Source: Rebecca billardiae RCC1528
Taxonomy: Eukaryota > Protista > Haptophyta
NCBI GenBank assembly: GCA_965240325.2
Contig: OZ251222.1
Location: forward strand, 1,550,001 to 1,614,000
Direction of reading: 5' to 3'
Length of the DNA: 64,000 nt
Within the stretch, counting starts at the first letter, position 1. The number at the start of each line of letters is the position of its first letter. This document shows, one piece after another, positions 11,101 to 26,100 of this stretch. Made by a program: the position numbers and the translations under genes. Below the pieces are notes generated by a model. The model was not told the origin of the DNA. It saw only the letters and a program-made list of their open reading frames with translations, and did not search any database.

Positions 11101-14100
11101 GCGCAGGCCAACTCGCTGGTCGGCAGCATCCCCACCGTGATCGGAGTGGCCACGCGCATGCAGTACTTGTACCTCGACACCAACTCGCTCACCGGCACGC
11201 TTCCGACAGAGCTTGGCAGCCACACAGCGGCAGAAGCCCACTCATTTGCGAGGAACTCGCTGGTCGGCACGATCCCTTCTGAGATCGGGCTTGTGAGCCG
11301 GCTGCAGGTGCTGACCCTCTTTAGCAACATGCTCACCGGCACGCTCCCATCGCAGATTGGCACCCTCACAAGTGCTATCAGTGTGCAGATGCAGTCGAAC
11401 TCGGTGAGCGGAGCGCTGCCCACTGAGGTCCTGTTGCTCACCTCGTTGCTGGCGGGGCAGTTCGGGTACGACGGCCTCACGCCGAGCACGACTGCGAACT
11501 GCGTTGATGGTGGCTGCCTGTGCGCAGCCACCCCTTTCAGCTCCAACGGCGGCTTCACCCCTGACCCGGCCGACCTCGTCGCCTGCCCGTCGCCGCCCCC
11601 TTTGCCCCCGCCGAGCCCTCCGAGCCCACCCCCCAGCCCACCGCCCTCACCGTCACCACCATCGCCACCGTCCCTCCCGCCGAGCCCTCCGCCCCCGCCG
11701 GCGCCGCCGGCGCCGCCTCCCAGCCCACCGCCGCTGGCCGTTCCACCGTCGCCACCCTTTCCACCGCCCTCGCCGCCACCCACGCCGCCGCCCTCGCCTC
11801 CGCCGGCGCCAACGTTGCGCGCACAGATGCGCGCAGACTACCCCGAGTGCATCGAGGAGTCTGGCGCCTTCAACGTGGCGGCGTGCAGCAGCATCGGGGG
11901 CGGCGTCGACTACAGCAGCAGCGCGCTCTCGGGCACGGTCCCCACGGAGATCGGCTACATGTCATCGATGCTCGACTTTCGCGTGTTCACCAACGTGCTC
12001 ACGGGTCCGCTTCCGACCGAGGTCGGGTTGCTGCCCAACCTGCAGCTGCTCTACGCGCACGGCAACTCGCTGACAGGGAGCGTCCCATCGCACTTTGGTG
12101 CGGCGACGAGTCTGGTGGTTCTGTCCCTTGGCCCCAACTCGCTGAGCGGCACAGTGCCATCCGAGCTCGGGCAGCTCACGCGGCTGGGGCAGCTCTATCT
12201 CTACGCCAACACGCTGACGGGCACGGTGCCGTCCGAGCTGGGCGCGCTCACGAGCGTCTCCAACCTGTGGATGGAGTCGAACTCGCTGAGCGGGGCGATG
12301 CCGACCGAGGTGCTGCTGCTCACGTCGCTTGGGACGGGCACCTTCACGTACGACGGTCTCACCTCGGCCACGCAGGGCACGTCGTGCGCTGACGGCGGCT
12401 GCGTGTGCGCGGCATCGCCCTTCGCCAACAACACCGCGTTCTCGCCGGACCTCGCCGACCTGCTGACGTGCCCGTCGCCGCCGCCGACGCCGCCGCCTTC
12501 GCCGCCCCCGTCGCCGCCGCCGCCTCCCAACCCACCTCCACGCCCGCCGCCGAGCCCACCTCCGCCGAGCCCGCCAATGCCGCCGCCAAGCCCACCTCCC
12601 TCGCCGCCACCACCCGGCCCACCCTCGCCGCCGCCGTCGCCGCCGCCGAGTCCACCTCCACCGACAAGCCCTCCGCCCAGCTCGCCACCATCGCCTCCGC
12701 CGAGTCCACCGCCCCCACCGCCGTCTCCTCCGCCGGCGCCGACGCTGCGCGCACAGATGCGCGCAGACTACCCCGAGTGCATCGAGGAGTCTGGCGCCTT
12801 CAACGTGGCGGCGTGCAGCAGCATCGGGGGCGGCGTCGACTTCAGCAGCAGCGCGCTCTCGGGCACGGTCCCCACGGAGATCGGCTACATGTCATCGATG
12901 CTAGGCCTTTATGTGTTCACCAACGCGCTCACGGGTCCGCTTCCGACCGAGGTCGGGTTGCTGCCCAACCTGCAGCAGCTCTACGCGCACGGCAACTCGC
13001 TGACGGGGGCCGTCCCATCGCACTTTGGTGCGGCGACGAGTCTGGTGATTCTGTCCCTCGGCCCCAACTCGCTGAGCGGCACAGTGCCATCCGAGCTCGG
13101 GCAGCTCACGCGGCTGCAGGAGCTCTATCTCTACGCCAACGCGCTGACGGGCACGGTGCCGTCCGAGCTCGGCGCGCTCACGAGCGTCTCCAACCTGTGG
13201 ATGGAGTCGAACTCGCTGAGCGGGGCGATGCCGACCGAGGTGCTGCTGCTCACGTCGCTTGGGACGGGCACCTTCACGTACGACGGTCTCACCTCGGCCA
13301 CGCAGGGCACGTCGTGCGCTGACGGCGGCTGCGTGTGCGCGGCATCGCCCTTCGCCAGCAATGCAGGCTTTTCGCCGGACCTCGCCGACCTGCTGACGTG
13401 CCCGTCGCCGCCGCCGACGCCGCCGCCTTCGCCGCCCCCCACGCCGCAGCCACCCCCGTCGCCGCCGCCGCCTCCCACCCCACCTCCAAGCCCGCCGCCG
13501 AGCCCACCTCCGCCGACCCCGCCAATGCCGCCGCCAAGCCCACCTCCCTCGCCGCCACCACCCGGCCCACCCTCGCCGCCGCCCTCGCCGCCGCCGCCGC
13601 CCGCGCCGCCTCCATCCCCGCCGCCGAGCCCGCCGCCCCCCTCCCCTCCGCCGAGGCCTTCCCTGCGTGCTGTGCTGGCGTTCCTCTACCCCGAGTGCTT
13701 TGAGGAGACTGGCTCCTTCAACGAAGCCACGTGCAACGGCATTGGTCCGAGCATCGACTGGTCTGTCGCTTCGCTGACTGGCACGATCCCGACAGAGATT
13801 GGCTACATGGTCGCGCTCGACTCGATGCACATCTTCACCAACTCGCTCACCGGCACCATTCCGACCGAGATCGGAGCGCTCACAGCTCTGACCAATTTCT
13901 TCGTGAATGGAAATGATGTGATTGGTTCTCTCCCCACGGAGGTGCTACTGCTGACCTCGCTGGACCCAGGGGTTGGATTCTGGTACGACGGCATCACCGC
14001 AAGCAACCAGGGCACGGACTGCGCGGATGGCGGCTGCGTGTGCGCTGGCACAAGCTTTGCCAGCAAGGGCAACTTCATCCCAGACCCGGCTGATCTTCTG

Positions 14101-17100
14101 GCCTGCGGGTCGCCGATGCCACCTCCCTCGCCGCCGCCGCCATTGCCACCGCCATCGCCGCCACCCAAGCTGCCGCCGAGCCCGCCGCCAAGCCCGCCGC
14201 CGCCGATGCCGCCGCCGTCACCGCCGCCGCTGTTGCCACCGTCGCCGCCGCCGATGCCGCCGCCGTCGCCGCCGCCGTCGCTGCCGCCGTCGCCGCCGCC
14301 GATGCCGCCGCCGTCGCCGCCGCCGTCGCTGCCGCCGTCACCGCCGCCGATGCCGCCGCCGTCGCCGCCGCCGTCGCAGCCCCCGCTCCCGCCCCCAAGC
14401 CCGCCTCCGCCGCCAACGCCGCCGCCGTCGCCTCCGCCATCATCACCACCGTCCCCACCACCGGGGCCGAAGCCGCCGCCATCGCCGCCACCTACTCCGC
14501 CACCATCACCGCCACCGCCGCTGCCGAAGCCACCGCCGAGCCCACCGCCGCTGCCGCCAACGCCGCCGTCGCCACCGCCGTCCCCGCCACCATCGCCACC
14601 ACCAAGCCCACCACCTTCACCAAGCCCACCGCCGTCGCCACCGCCGTCCCCGCCACCGTCTCCACCACCAAGCCCACCACCTCCACCGAGCCCGCCGCCG
14701 TCACCGCCACCATCCCCGCCACCGTCTCCGCCGCCAAGCCCGCCACCCTCACCGCCGCAGCCACCGCCAAGTCCCCCGCCAAGTCCACCGCCGTCGTCAC
14801 CTCCGCCATCACCACCAGCGCCACCACCATCACCGCCGCCAAGCCCACCACCTCCACCGAGCCCACCTCCGTCACCACCACCGCCACTGCCTCCTCCCAG
14901 CCCACCACCGTCACCACCACCTTCGCCGCCGCCGGCGCCTCCTCCCAGCCCACCACCGTCACCACCACCTTCGCCGCCGCCGCCGGCACCACCTCCTCCA
15001 CCGTCGCCGACCCCATCACCGCCGCCCTCGCCGCCACCGCCCTCGCCGCCGCCGTGGGTGTCGCGTGGCGGTCCGGCGACGCCGTACAACGACACGATCG
15101 AGTACAACAGCGCGCAGAGCGACTTCCAGTCCGACCAGGCGGGCAACACGTTCGACGTGAGCATCGACCTGCTGAGCGGCGACGACACGCTGGTCGTGGG
15201 CTCGGCGGGCGACTCGTCAGCGGGCAACGGCGCGGGCGAGTCCGTGGTCGGCACGATCCTCGGCAGCGAGGGCACCGACGTGATCACCGTCGGCGGCGCC
15301 GGCGACGGCCTGAACCAACCGACGAGCGTGGGCGGCTCGATCGAGCTCACGGTCGACGGCGGCGACGGCGCGGACACGATCACGGTGGGCGGCGCGGGCA
15401 AGGGCGCGTCCAGCTCCGGCGCGCTCGGCGGCTCGAGCAACGTGACGGTGTTCGGAGGCGCCGGCAACGACACGATCAGCGTGGGCGGCGCGGGCCGTGG
15501 CGACTACGGACCCAACACCGGCGGTGACGCGAGCGTGTGGATCGACGGCGGCGACGGCGGCGACACGATCGTCGTGGGCGGCGGTGGCGTCGGCGCGAGG
15601 AGTGGATTTGGCGGCGACATCACCGTGCACGTCGACTCCGGCGCTGGCGACGACTATCTGAGCTTGGGCGGCGGTGGGTTTGGCTACTGGAGCGGCACTG
15701 GCGGCTCGGCCGAGCTGTACGTGAACGCGGGCGAGGGCGACAACACCGTGCTCGTGCCCACCGTGGGCGGTGAGGCGAAGGGCGGTGGCAAGGGCGGCGA
15801 TGGGAGCTTGCACGTGCTCGCCGGCGGCGGCGCGGACACGGTGCAGGTCGGCGGTGGCGGAGAGGGCTACATCGGTGGCCAGTTCGGAGGCGACGCCACC
15901 GTGTACGTGTCCACTGGCGGCGGGGACGATGACATCTCCGTCGGCGGGAGCGGCATGGCCCAATATGGCTCAAAGGGCGGCGGCTTGACCGCCGTGGTGG
16001 ACGCTGGTGACGGTGACAACTCGATCACGATCGGGGGCTCGGGCGGTGCCCTCAGCAGCGCTGAGTCCGGCGCATCGAACGTTGCTGTGACGGCGGGCGA
16101 CGGCGACGACGTGATCGTCGCGGGTGGCGTGGGCTACGCGACTAGTGGCGCCAAGTCAGGCGACTTCACACTTGCGGTCGACGCCGGAGGCGGGAACAAC
16201 GACATCGAGGTGGGCTCAGCGGGCGGCGGCCTAAACGCTCTCCCCGGCTCGCTCGAGGCGACGATCAGCACCCTCGGCGGGAACGACACGATCGTCGTCG
16301 GCGGCGGCGGGTACGGCTATGGCGCCACGGACGCAGGCGACGTTGTCGTGAACGTGTTTGCGGGCGACGGAGACGACAGCGTGGCGATTGGCGGCGGCGG
16401 CGACGCCTCTGCTTCTTCCGCGTGGGGAGGCAGCGTGTACGCGAATGTGAGCGCGACCGGCGGCGATAACGTCGTCGCCATCGGCGACAGCGGGAACGGC
16501 GTAAGCAGCGGCACTGGTGGCCACGTGGACGCTCGGGTCGAGCTCGGCGACGGCGCGGACGTCGTGACCATCGGCGGAGCCACCCCACAGTCTGGCCTCG
16601 GGAGAGGCGGCGATGTGACGTCGTACGTCCGTTCGGGCGGCGGCGCGGACGTCGTGACCATCGGCGACGCGGGCGATGCGGACACTGCCAGTTGGTACAC
16701 TACCAGCTTTAGTCAGGGTGGCAACACGCGCGCGTTCGTGTTTGCGGGCGAGGGCGACGACCGCGTGTACGCGGGCGACGCGGGCGACACGCTGGCTTCG
16801 ATGTTGAACTTCGGCGGCCATGCGTACGCGAACGTGCACGGCGGCGCGGGTGACGACGTTCTGCGCGGCGGCAACGGCGGCGACGCTGTCGCTGGCTCGG
16901 GCGAGGGCGGCGACGCGCTGATCAAGCTGTATGGCGACGACGGCGACGACCGGCTGTACGGCGGCGACGACGGCCTTGCCCTGGAGATGGGCGCCGACCC
17001 GGGCGAGGCGACGACGCACCTGCTCGGCGGCGGCGGCAACGACTACATCCGCGGCGGCACCGGGTACAACTACGCGGCCGGTGCGCGCGTGCGCCCCGCG

Positions 17101-20100
17101 CTGCGCCGCGCCGCACGCGCGCCCTGCGCCTCTGCGCATCCGCGTGCGCGGCACCGGCACGCGCTCACTCGCAGCGGCGCGGGCACACCGGCACACCGCG
17201 CGCTCGGCCGGCAGGCGGCGCCGGCAACGACACGATCCGCGCGGGTGACGGCGGTGCCTACAACAATGTCACCAACGCCTCCGCCACGGCGTACACCATC
17301 GCGCGTGGCGGCGATGGCGACGACATGCTCACCGGCGGCACTGCCGGCGCCGACCCGACCGGCGGCATCAGCGGCGGCACCGCTGTGAGCAAGCTCTACG
17401 GCGACGCCGGCGACGACGTGATCACCGGCGGCGCGGCCGGCGGTGCCGACCCGGGCGCGGTGACCACGTACATCTACGGTGTGCGCCGCGCGTGCAGCGG
17501 CGGGTCGCGGCACCGCCACGGCCAACGCTGAGCGCGCTTCGAGTGTGCGCGTGCGCGCTCGCGCGTGTTCCTGCCCCCGCGCGCGCCACAGGCGGCACCG
17601 GCGAAGACACGATCTACGCAGGCGAAGGCCGCGCCATCATCAGGGGTGCGTGGCCGCTGGCGCGTGCCGCGCGCTCCGCCAGTGCGCCGCCGCGCGTGCG
17701 TCGCTGAGCGCCCTCGCCGCCGCTCGCGCGTCGCGACCGCGCGCACAGGCGGACCGGGCGTGGACACGATCTACACGCGCGACAACGGCTTTGTGGACAC
17801 GCTGTACGTCGAGTGGACGGACTCGTGGGACGTGGACCCGTTCGACATCGTGATCACGCCACCCGCGCCGCCGCCCTCGCCGCCGCCGCCCTCGCCGCCG
17901 CCGTGGGTGTCGCGTGGCGGTCCGGCGACGCCGTACAACGACACGATCGAGTACAACAGCGCGCAGAGCGACTTCCAGTCCGACCAGGCGGGCAACACGT
18001 TCGACGTGAGCATCGACCTGCTGAGCGGCGACGACACGCTGGTCGTGGGCTCGGCGGGCGACTCGTCAGCGGGCAACGGCGCGGGCGAGTCCGTGGTCGG
18101 CACGATCCTCGGCAGCGAGGGCACCGACGTGATCACCGTCGGCGGCGCCGGCGACGGCCTGTACCAAGCGACGAGCGTGGGCGGCTCGATCGAGCTCACG
18201 GTCGACGGCGGCGACGGCGCGGACACGATCACGGTGGGCGGCGCGGGCAAGGGCGCGTTCAGCTCCGGCGCGCTCGGCGGCTCGAGCAACGTGACGGTGT
18301 TCGGAGGCGCCGGCAACGACACGATCAGCGTGGGCGGCGCGGGCCGTGGCGACTACGGACCCAACACCGGCGGTGACGCGAGCGTGTGGATCGACGGCGG
18401 CGACGGCGGCGACACGATCGTCGTGGGCGGCGGTGGCGTCGGCGCGAGGAGTGGATTTGGCGGCGACATCACCGTGCACGTCGACTCCGGCGCTGGCGAC
18501 GACTATCTGAGCTTGGGCGGCGGTGGGTTTGGCTACTGGAGCGGCACTGGCGGCTCGGCCGAGCTGTACGTGAACGCGGGCGAGGGCGACAACACCGTGC
18601 TCGTGCCCACCGTGGGCGGTGAGGCGAAGGGCGGTGGCAAGGGCGGCGATGGGAGCTTGCACGTGCTCGCCGGCGGCGGCGCGGATACGGTGCAGGTCGG
18701 CGGTGGCGGAAAGGTCTACGGCGGTGGCCAGTCCGGAGGCGACGCCACCGTGTACGTGTCCACTGGCGGCGGGGACGACGACATCTCCGTCGGCGGGAGC
18801 GGCATGACCCAGTCTGCTACAAAGGGCGGCGACTTGACCGCCGTGGTCGACGCTGGTGACGGTGACAACTCGATCACGATCGGGGGCTCGGGCGATGCCC
18901 TCAGCAGCGGTGAGTCCGGCGCATCGAACGTTGCTGTGACGGCGGGCGACGGCGACGACGTGATCGTCGCGGGTGGCGTGGGCTACGCGACTAGTGGCGC
19001 CAAGTCAGGCGACTTCACACTTGCGGTCGACGCCGGAGGCGGGAACAACGACATCGAGGTGGGCTCAGCGGGCGGCGGCCGAAGTGCTCGCCCCGGCTCG
19101 CTCGAGGCGACGATCAGCACCCTCGGCGGGAACGACACGATCGTCGTCGGCGGCGGCGGGTACGGCTATGGCGCCACGGACGCAGGCGACGTTGTCGTGA
19201 ACGTGTTTGCGGGCGACGGAGACGACAGCGTGTCGATTGGCGGCGGCGGCGACGCCTCTGCTTCTTCTGCGTGGGGAGGCAGCGTGTACGCGAATGTGAG
19301 CGCGACCGGCGGCGATAACGTCGTCGCCATCGGCGATGGCGGGAACGGCGTGAGCAGCGGCACTGGTGGCCACGTGGACGCTCGGGTCGAGCTCGGCGAC
19401 GGCGCGGACGTCGTGACCATCGGCGGAGCCACCCCACAGTCCGGCCTCGGGAAAGGCGGCGATGTGACGTCGTACGTCCGTTCGGGCGGCGGCGCGGACG
19501 TCGTGACCATTGGCGACGCGGGCGATGCGGACACTTCCATCTTTTTTAGTCAGGGTGGCAACACGCGCGCGTTCGTGTTTGCGGGCGAGGGCGACGACCG
19601 CGTGTACGCGGGCGACGCGGGCGACACGCTGGGTTCGATGTTGAACTACGGCGGCCATGCGTACGCGAACGTGCACGGCGGCGCGGGTGACGACGTTCTG
19701 CGCGGCGGCGATGCCGGCGACGCTGTCGCTGGCTCGGGCGAGGGCGGCGACGCGCTGATCAAGCTGTATGGCGACGACGGCGACGACCGGCTGTACGGCG
19801 GCGACGACGGCCTTGCCCTGGGCGAGGGCGCTCATCCGGGCGAGGCGACGACGCACCTGCTCGGCGGCGGCGGCAACGACTACATCCGCGGCGGCACCGG
19901 GTACAACTACGCGGCCGGTGCGCGCGTGCGCCCCGCGCTGCGCCGCGCCGCACGCGCGCCCTGCGCCTCCGCGCATCCGCGTGCGCGGCACCGGCACGCG
20001 CTCACTCGCAGCGGAGCGGGCACACCGGCACACCGCGCGCTCGGCCGGCAGGCGGCGCCGGCAACGACACGATCCGCGCGGGCGACGGCGGTGCCTACAA

Positions 20101-23100
20101 CAACTTGACCAACGCCTCCGCCACGGCGTACACCATCGCGCGTGGCGGCGATGGCGACGACATGCTCACCGGCGGCACTGCCGGCGCCGACCCGACCGGC
20201 GGCATCAGCGGCGGCACCGCTGTGAGCAAGCTCTACGGCGACGCCGGCGACGACGTGATCACCGGCGGCGCGGCCGGCGGTGCCGACCCGGGCGCGGTGA
20301 CCACGTACATCTACGGTGTGCGCCGCGCGTGCAGCGGCGTGTCGCGGCACCGCCACGGCCAACGCTGAGCGCGCTTCGAGTGTGCGCGTGCGCGCTCGCG
20401 CGTGTGCCTGCCCCCGCGCGCGCCACAGGCGGCACCGGCGAAGACACGATCTACGCAGGCGAAGGCCGCGCCATCATCAGGGGTGCGTGGCCGCTGGCGC
20501 GTGCCGCGCGCTCCGCCAGTGCGCCGCCGCGCGTGCGTCGCTGAGCGCCCTCGGCGCCGCTCGCGCGTCGCGACCGCGCGCACAGGCGGACCGGGCGTGG
20601 ACACGATCTACACGCGCGACAACGGCTTTGTGGACACGCTGTACGTCGAGTGGACGGACTCGTGGGACGTGGACCCGTTCGACATCGTGATCACGCCACC
20701 CGCGCCGCCGCCCTCGCCGCCGCCGCCCTCGCCGCCGCCCTCGCCACCACCCTCGCCGCCGCCACCATCACCGCCGCCGTCGCCACCGCAACCTCCCCCA
20801 TCCCCACCACCGTCATCTCCGCCGCCAACTCCACCGCAACCGCCGCCATCTCCGCCCTCGCCGCCTCCATCACCACCGCCATCCCCTCCTCCGTCGCCGC
20901 CGCCTTCGCCGCCACCTCCGCCTTCGCCGCCTCCATCCCCACCGCCATCCCCACCGCCCTCACCGCCGCCCTCGCCGCCTCCATCACCACCGCCAGCCCC
21001 ACCGCCCTCCCCACCGCCCTCACCGCCGCCATCGCCACCGCCATCCCCACCGCCCTCACCGCCGCCGCCGCCGCCGCCCTCGCCGCCACCTTCCCCACCG
21101 CCGCCACCATCGCCACCGCAGCCGCCAAGCCTACCGCCACCGCCCCCGTCGTCACCACCGCCGTGGGTGTCGCGTGGCGGTCCGGCGACGCCGTACAACG
21201 ACACGATCGAGTACAACAGCGCGCAGAGCGACTTCCAGTCCGACCAGGCGGGCAACACGTTCGACGTGAGCATCGACCTGCTGAGCGGCGACGACACGCT
21301 GGTCGTGGGCTCGGCGGGCGACTCGTCAGCGGGCAACGGCGCGGGCGAGTCCGTGGTCGGCACGATCCTCGGCAGCGAGGGCACCGACGTGATCACCGTC
21401 GGCGGCGCCGGCGACGGCCTGAACCAACCGACGAGCGTGGGCGGCTCGATCGAGCTCACGGTCGACGGCGGCGACGGCGCGGACACGATCACGGTGGGCG
21501 GCGCGGGCACGGGCGCGTTCAGCTCCGGCGCGCTCGGCGGCTCGAGCAACGTGACCGTGTTCGGAGGCGCCGGCAACGACACGATCAGCGTGGGCGGCGC
21601 GGGCCGTGGCGACTACGGACCCAACACCGGCGGTGACGCGAGCGTGTGGATCGACGGCGGCGACGGCGGCGACACGATCGTCGTGGGCGGCGGTGGCGTC
21701 GGCACGAGGAACGGATTTGGCGGCGACATCACCGTGCACGTCGACTCAGGCGCTGGCGACGACCACGTGACCTTGGGCGGCGGTGGGTTTGGCTACTGGG
21801 GCGGGTCTGGCGGCTCGGCCGAGCTGTACGTGAACGCGGGCGAGGGCGACAACACCGTGCTCGTGCCCACCGTGGGCGGTGAGGCTAAGTTCGCTAGCAA
21901 TGGCGGCGATGGGAGCTTGCACGTGCTCACCGGCGGCGGCGCGGACACGGTGCAGGTCGGCGGTGGGGGAGATGACAACGGAGGCAACGGTGGCGACGCC
22001 ACCGTGTACGTGTCCACTGGCGGAGGGGACGACGACATCTCCGTCGGCAGCGCCGGTGACAGCCCATTTGGCCAAGGTGGCCAGTTGTCTGCCGTGATCG
22101 ACGCCGGCGACGGTGACAACACGATCACGCTCGGCGGCGGTGGGTATGCCTCTGGCGGCGCCGCTGGCTCAGCCAGCTTTGCCGTGACGGCGGGCGACGG
22201 CGACGACGTGATCGCCACGGGCGACGCGGGGTCTGCCGTCGGGGGTTCCGTCACAGGCGGCGGCCTCACGCTCGTGGTCGACGCGGGGGGCGGGAACAAC
22301 GACATCACTGTCGGCTCGCCGGGCGACGGGACTTCCGGCGGCAGAGCTGGCTCGATCGAGGCGACGATCACCACCCTCGGCGGCAACGACACGATTGTCA
22401 TCGGCGGTGGCGGGGAGTTTGAATTCGGCAGCGCGCGCGGGGGAGGCAGGGTCGTGAACGTGTTTGCGGGCGACGGCGATGACAGCGTGACGGTCGGTGA
22501 CGCCGGCGAGGCTGCTTCGGGCGCGTTTCCCGGCGCCACGATCGTGAACGTGAGCGCGACTGGCGGTGACAACACGGTCGTCATCGGCGACGGGGGAGAG
22601 GCGCTTCGTGGGGGATCTGGCTCCGATGTGAACGCGCGCGTCGAGCTGGGCGATGGCGCGGACGACGTGACCATCGGCGACGCGGGCTACGGCCAAAATG
22701 GAGGGCGCGGCGGCGATGTGTTCTCTTATGTGCGAACTGGCGGCGGCGCGGACGTGGTGACCATCGGCGACGCGGGCGACGCGGGGGGCTCCGCTAGTTG
22801 GGGGGGTGGGAGCTCGGGCGGCAACACGCGCGCGATCGTGCTGGCGGGCGAGGGCAACGACCGCGTGTCCGTCGGCGACGCGGGCGACACGCTGGGGTCC
22901 GATGATTCGCCTGGCGTGATGTACGCGCACGTGCACGGCGGCGCGGGTGACGACGTTCTGCGCGGCGGCAACGGCGGCGACGCTGTCACTGGCTCGGGCG
23001 AGGGCGGCGACGCGCTGATCAAGCTGTATGGCGACGACGGCGACGACCGGCTGTACGGCGGCGACGACGGCCTGGCCCTGGAGATGGGCGCCGACCCGGG

Positions 23101-26100
23101 CGAGGCGACGACGCACCTGCTCGGCGGCGGCGGCAACGACTACATCCGCGGCGGCACCGGGTACAACTACGTGGCCGGTGCGCGCGTGCGCCCCACACTG
23201 CGCCGCGCTGCGCCGCGCCGCGCCGCACGCGCGCCCTGCGCCTCTGCGCATCCGCGTGCGCGGCACCGGCACGCGCTCACTCGCAGCGGCGCGGGCACAC
23301 CGGCACACCGCGCGCTCGGCCGGCAGGCGGCGCCGGCAACGACACGATCCGCGCGGGTGACGGTGGTGCCTACAACAACGTGACCAACGCCTCCGCCACG
23401 GCGTACACCATCGCGCGTGGCGGCGATGGCGACGACATGCTCACCGGCGGCACTGCCGGCGCCGACCCGACCGGCGGCATCAGCGGCGGCACCGCTGTGA
23501 GCAAGCTCTACGGCGACGCCGGCGACGACGTGATCACCGGCGGCGCGGCCGGCGGTGCCGACCCGGGCGCGGTGACCACGTACATCTACGGTGTGCGCCG
23601 CGCGTGCAGCGGCGTGTCGCGGCACCGCCACGGCCAACGCTGAGCGCGCTTCGAGTGTGCTCGCGCGTGTGCCTGCCCCCGCGCGCGCCACAGGCGGCAC
23701 CGGCGAAGACACGATCTACGCAGGCGAAGGCCGCGCCATCATCAGGGGTGCGTGGCCGCTGGCGCGTGCCGCGCGCTCCGCCAGTGCGCCGCCGCGCGTG
23801 CGTCGCTGAGCGCCCTCGCCGCCGCTCGCGCGTCGCGACCGCGCGCACAGGCGGACCGGGCGTGGACACGATCTACACGCGCGACAACGGCTTTGTGGAC
23901 ACGCTGTACGTCGAGTGGACGGACTCGTGGGACGTGGACCCGTTCGACATCGTGATCACGCCACCCGCGCCGCCGCCCTCGCCGCCGCCGCCCTCGCCGC
24001 CGCCGTGGGTGTCGCGTGGCGGTCCGGCGACGCCGTACAACGACACGATCGAGTACAACAGCGCGCAGAGCGACTTCCAGTCCGACCAGGCGGGCAACAC
24101 GTTCGACGTGAGCATCGACCTGCTGAGCGGCGACGACACGCTGGTCGTGGGCTCGGCGGGCGACTCGTCAGCGGGCAACGGCGCGGGCGAGTCCGTGGTC
24201 GGCACGATCCTCGGCAGCGAGGGCACCGACGTGATCACCGTCGGCGGCGCCGGCGACGGCCTGAACCAACCGACGAGCGTGGGCGGCTCGATCGAGCTCA
24301 CGGTCGACGGCGGCGACGGCGCGGACACGATCACGGTGGGCGGCGCGGGCAAGGGCGCGTTCAGCTCCGGCGCGCTTGGCGGCTCGAGCAACGTGACGGT
24401 GTTCGGAGGCGCCGGCAACGACACGATCAGCGTGGGCGGCGCGGGCCGTGGCGACTACGGACCCAACACCGGCGGTGACGCGAGCGTGTGGATCGACGGC
24501 GGCGACGGCGGCGACACGATCGTCGTGGGTGGCGGTGGCGTCGGCGCGAGGGATGGGTTGGGCGGCGACATCACCGTGCACGTCGACTCAGGCGCTGGCG
24601 ACGACCACGTGACCTTGGGCGGCGGTGGGCTTGGCTACTACGGTGCGTCTGGCGGCTCGGCCGAGCTGTACGTGAACGCGGGCGAGGGCGACAACACCGT
24701 GCTCGTGCCCACCGTGGGCGGTGAGGCTAGGAGCAGTGGCAATGGCGGCGATGGGAGCTTGCACGTGCTCACCGGCGGCGGCGCGGACACGGTGCAGGTC
24801 GGCGGTGGTGGAGACGCCAATTCTGGTGGCAATCTCGGAGGTGACGCCACCGTCTACGTGTCCACTGGCGGAGGGGACGACGACATCTCCGTCGGCAGCG
24901 GAGGTGACGGCACATCTGGCGGCACGGGTGGCCAGCTGTCTGCTGTGATCGACGCCGGCGACGGTGACAACACGATCACGCTCGGCGGCGCTGGGTATGC
25001 CTCTTTCAGCACCACTGGCTCAGCCAGCTTTGCCGTGACGGCGGGCGACGGCGACGACGTGATCGCCACGGGCGACGCGGGGTCTGCCGCAGGCTCCCTG
25101 TTTCCCGCCGATCTCACGCTCGTGGTCGACGCGGGGGGCGGGAACAACGACATCACTGTCGGCTCGCCGGGCGACGGGACCTTCGGCGCCAGAGCTGGCT
25201 CGATCGAGGCGACGATCACCACCCTCGGCGGCAACGACACGATTGTCATCGGCGGTGGCGGGGAGCTGAATTCTGGCTCGCGCGGGGGGGGCAGGGTCGT
25301 GAACGTGTTTGCGGGCGACGGCGATGACAGCGTGACGGTCGGTGACGCCGGCGCGGCTTATGCGGGCTCGAATGCTGGCGCCACGATCGTGAACGTGAGC
25401 GCGACTGGCGGCGACAACACGGTCGTCATCGGCGACGGGGGAGAGGCGCTTAATGGGGCATCTGGCTCCGATGTGAACGCGCGCGTCGAGCTGGGCGATG
25501 GCGCGGACGACGTGACCATCGGCGACGCGGGCTACGGCCAAAATGGAGCGCGCGGCGGCGATGTGTTTTCGTATGTGCGAACTGGCGGCGGCGCGGACGT
25601 GGTGACCATCGGCGACGCGGGCGACGCGGGGGCCTCCGCTGGCTGGGGTGGCAACACGCGCGCGATCGTGCTGGCGGGCGAGGGCGACGACCGCGTGTAC
25701 GTCGGCGACGCGGGCGACACGCTGGGGTCCGTTTTTGCGCCTGGCGTGATGTACGCGCACGTGCGCGGCGGCGCGGGTGACGACGTTCTGCGCGGCGGCA
25801 ACGGCGGCGACGCGGTCGTTGGCACGGCCGAGGGCGGCGACGCGCTGATCAAGCTGTATGGCGACGACGGCGACGACCGGCTGTACGGCGGCGACGACGG
25901 CCTGGCCCTGGAGATGGGCGCCGACCCGGGCGAGGCGACGACGCACCTGCTCGGCGGCGGCGGCAACGACTACATCCGCGGCGGCACCGGGTACAACTAC
26001 GCGGCCGGTGCGAGCGTGCGCCCCGCGCTGCGCCGCGCCGCACGCGCGCCCTGCGCCTCTGCGCATCCGCGTGCGCGGCACCGGCACGCGCTCACTCGCA

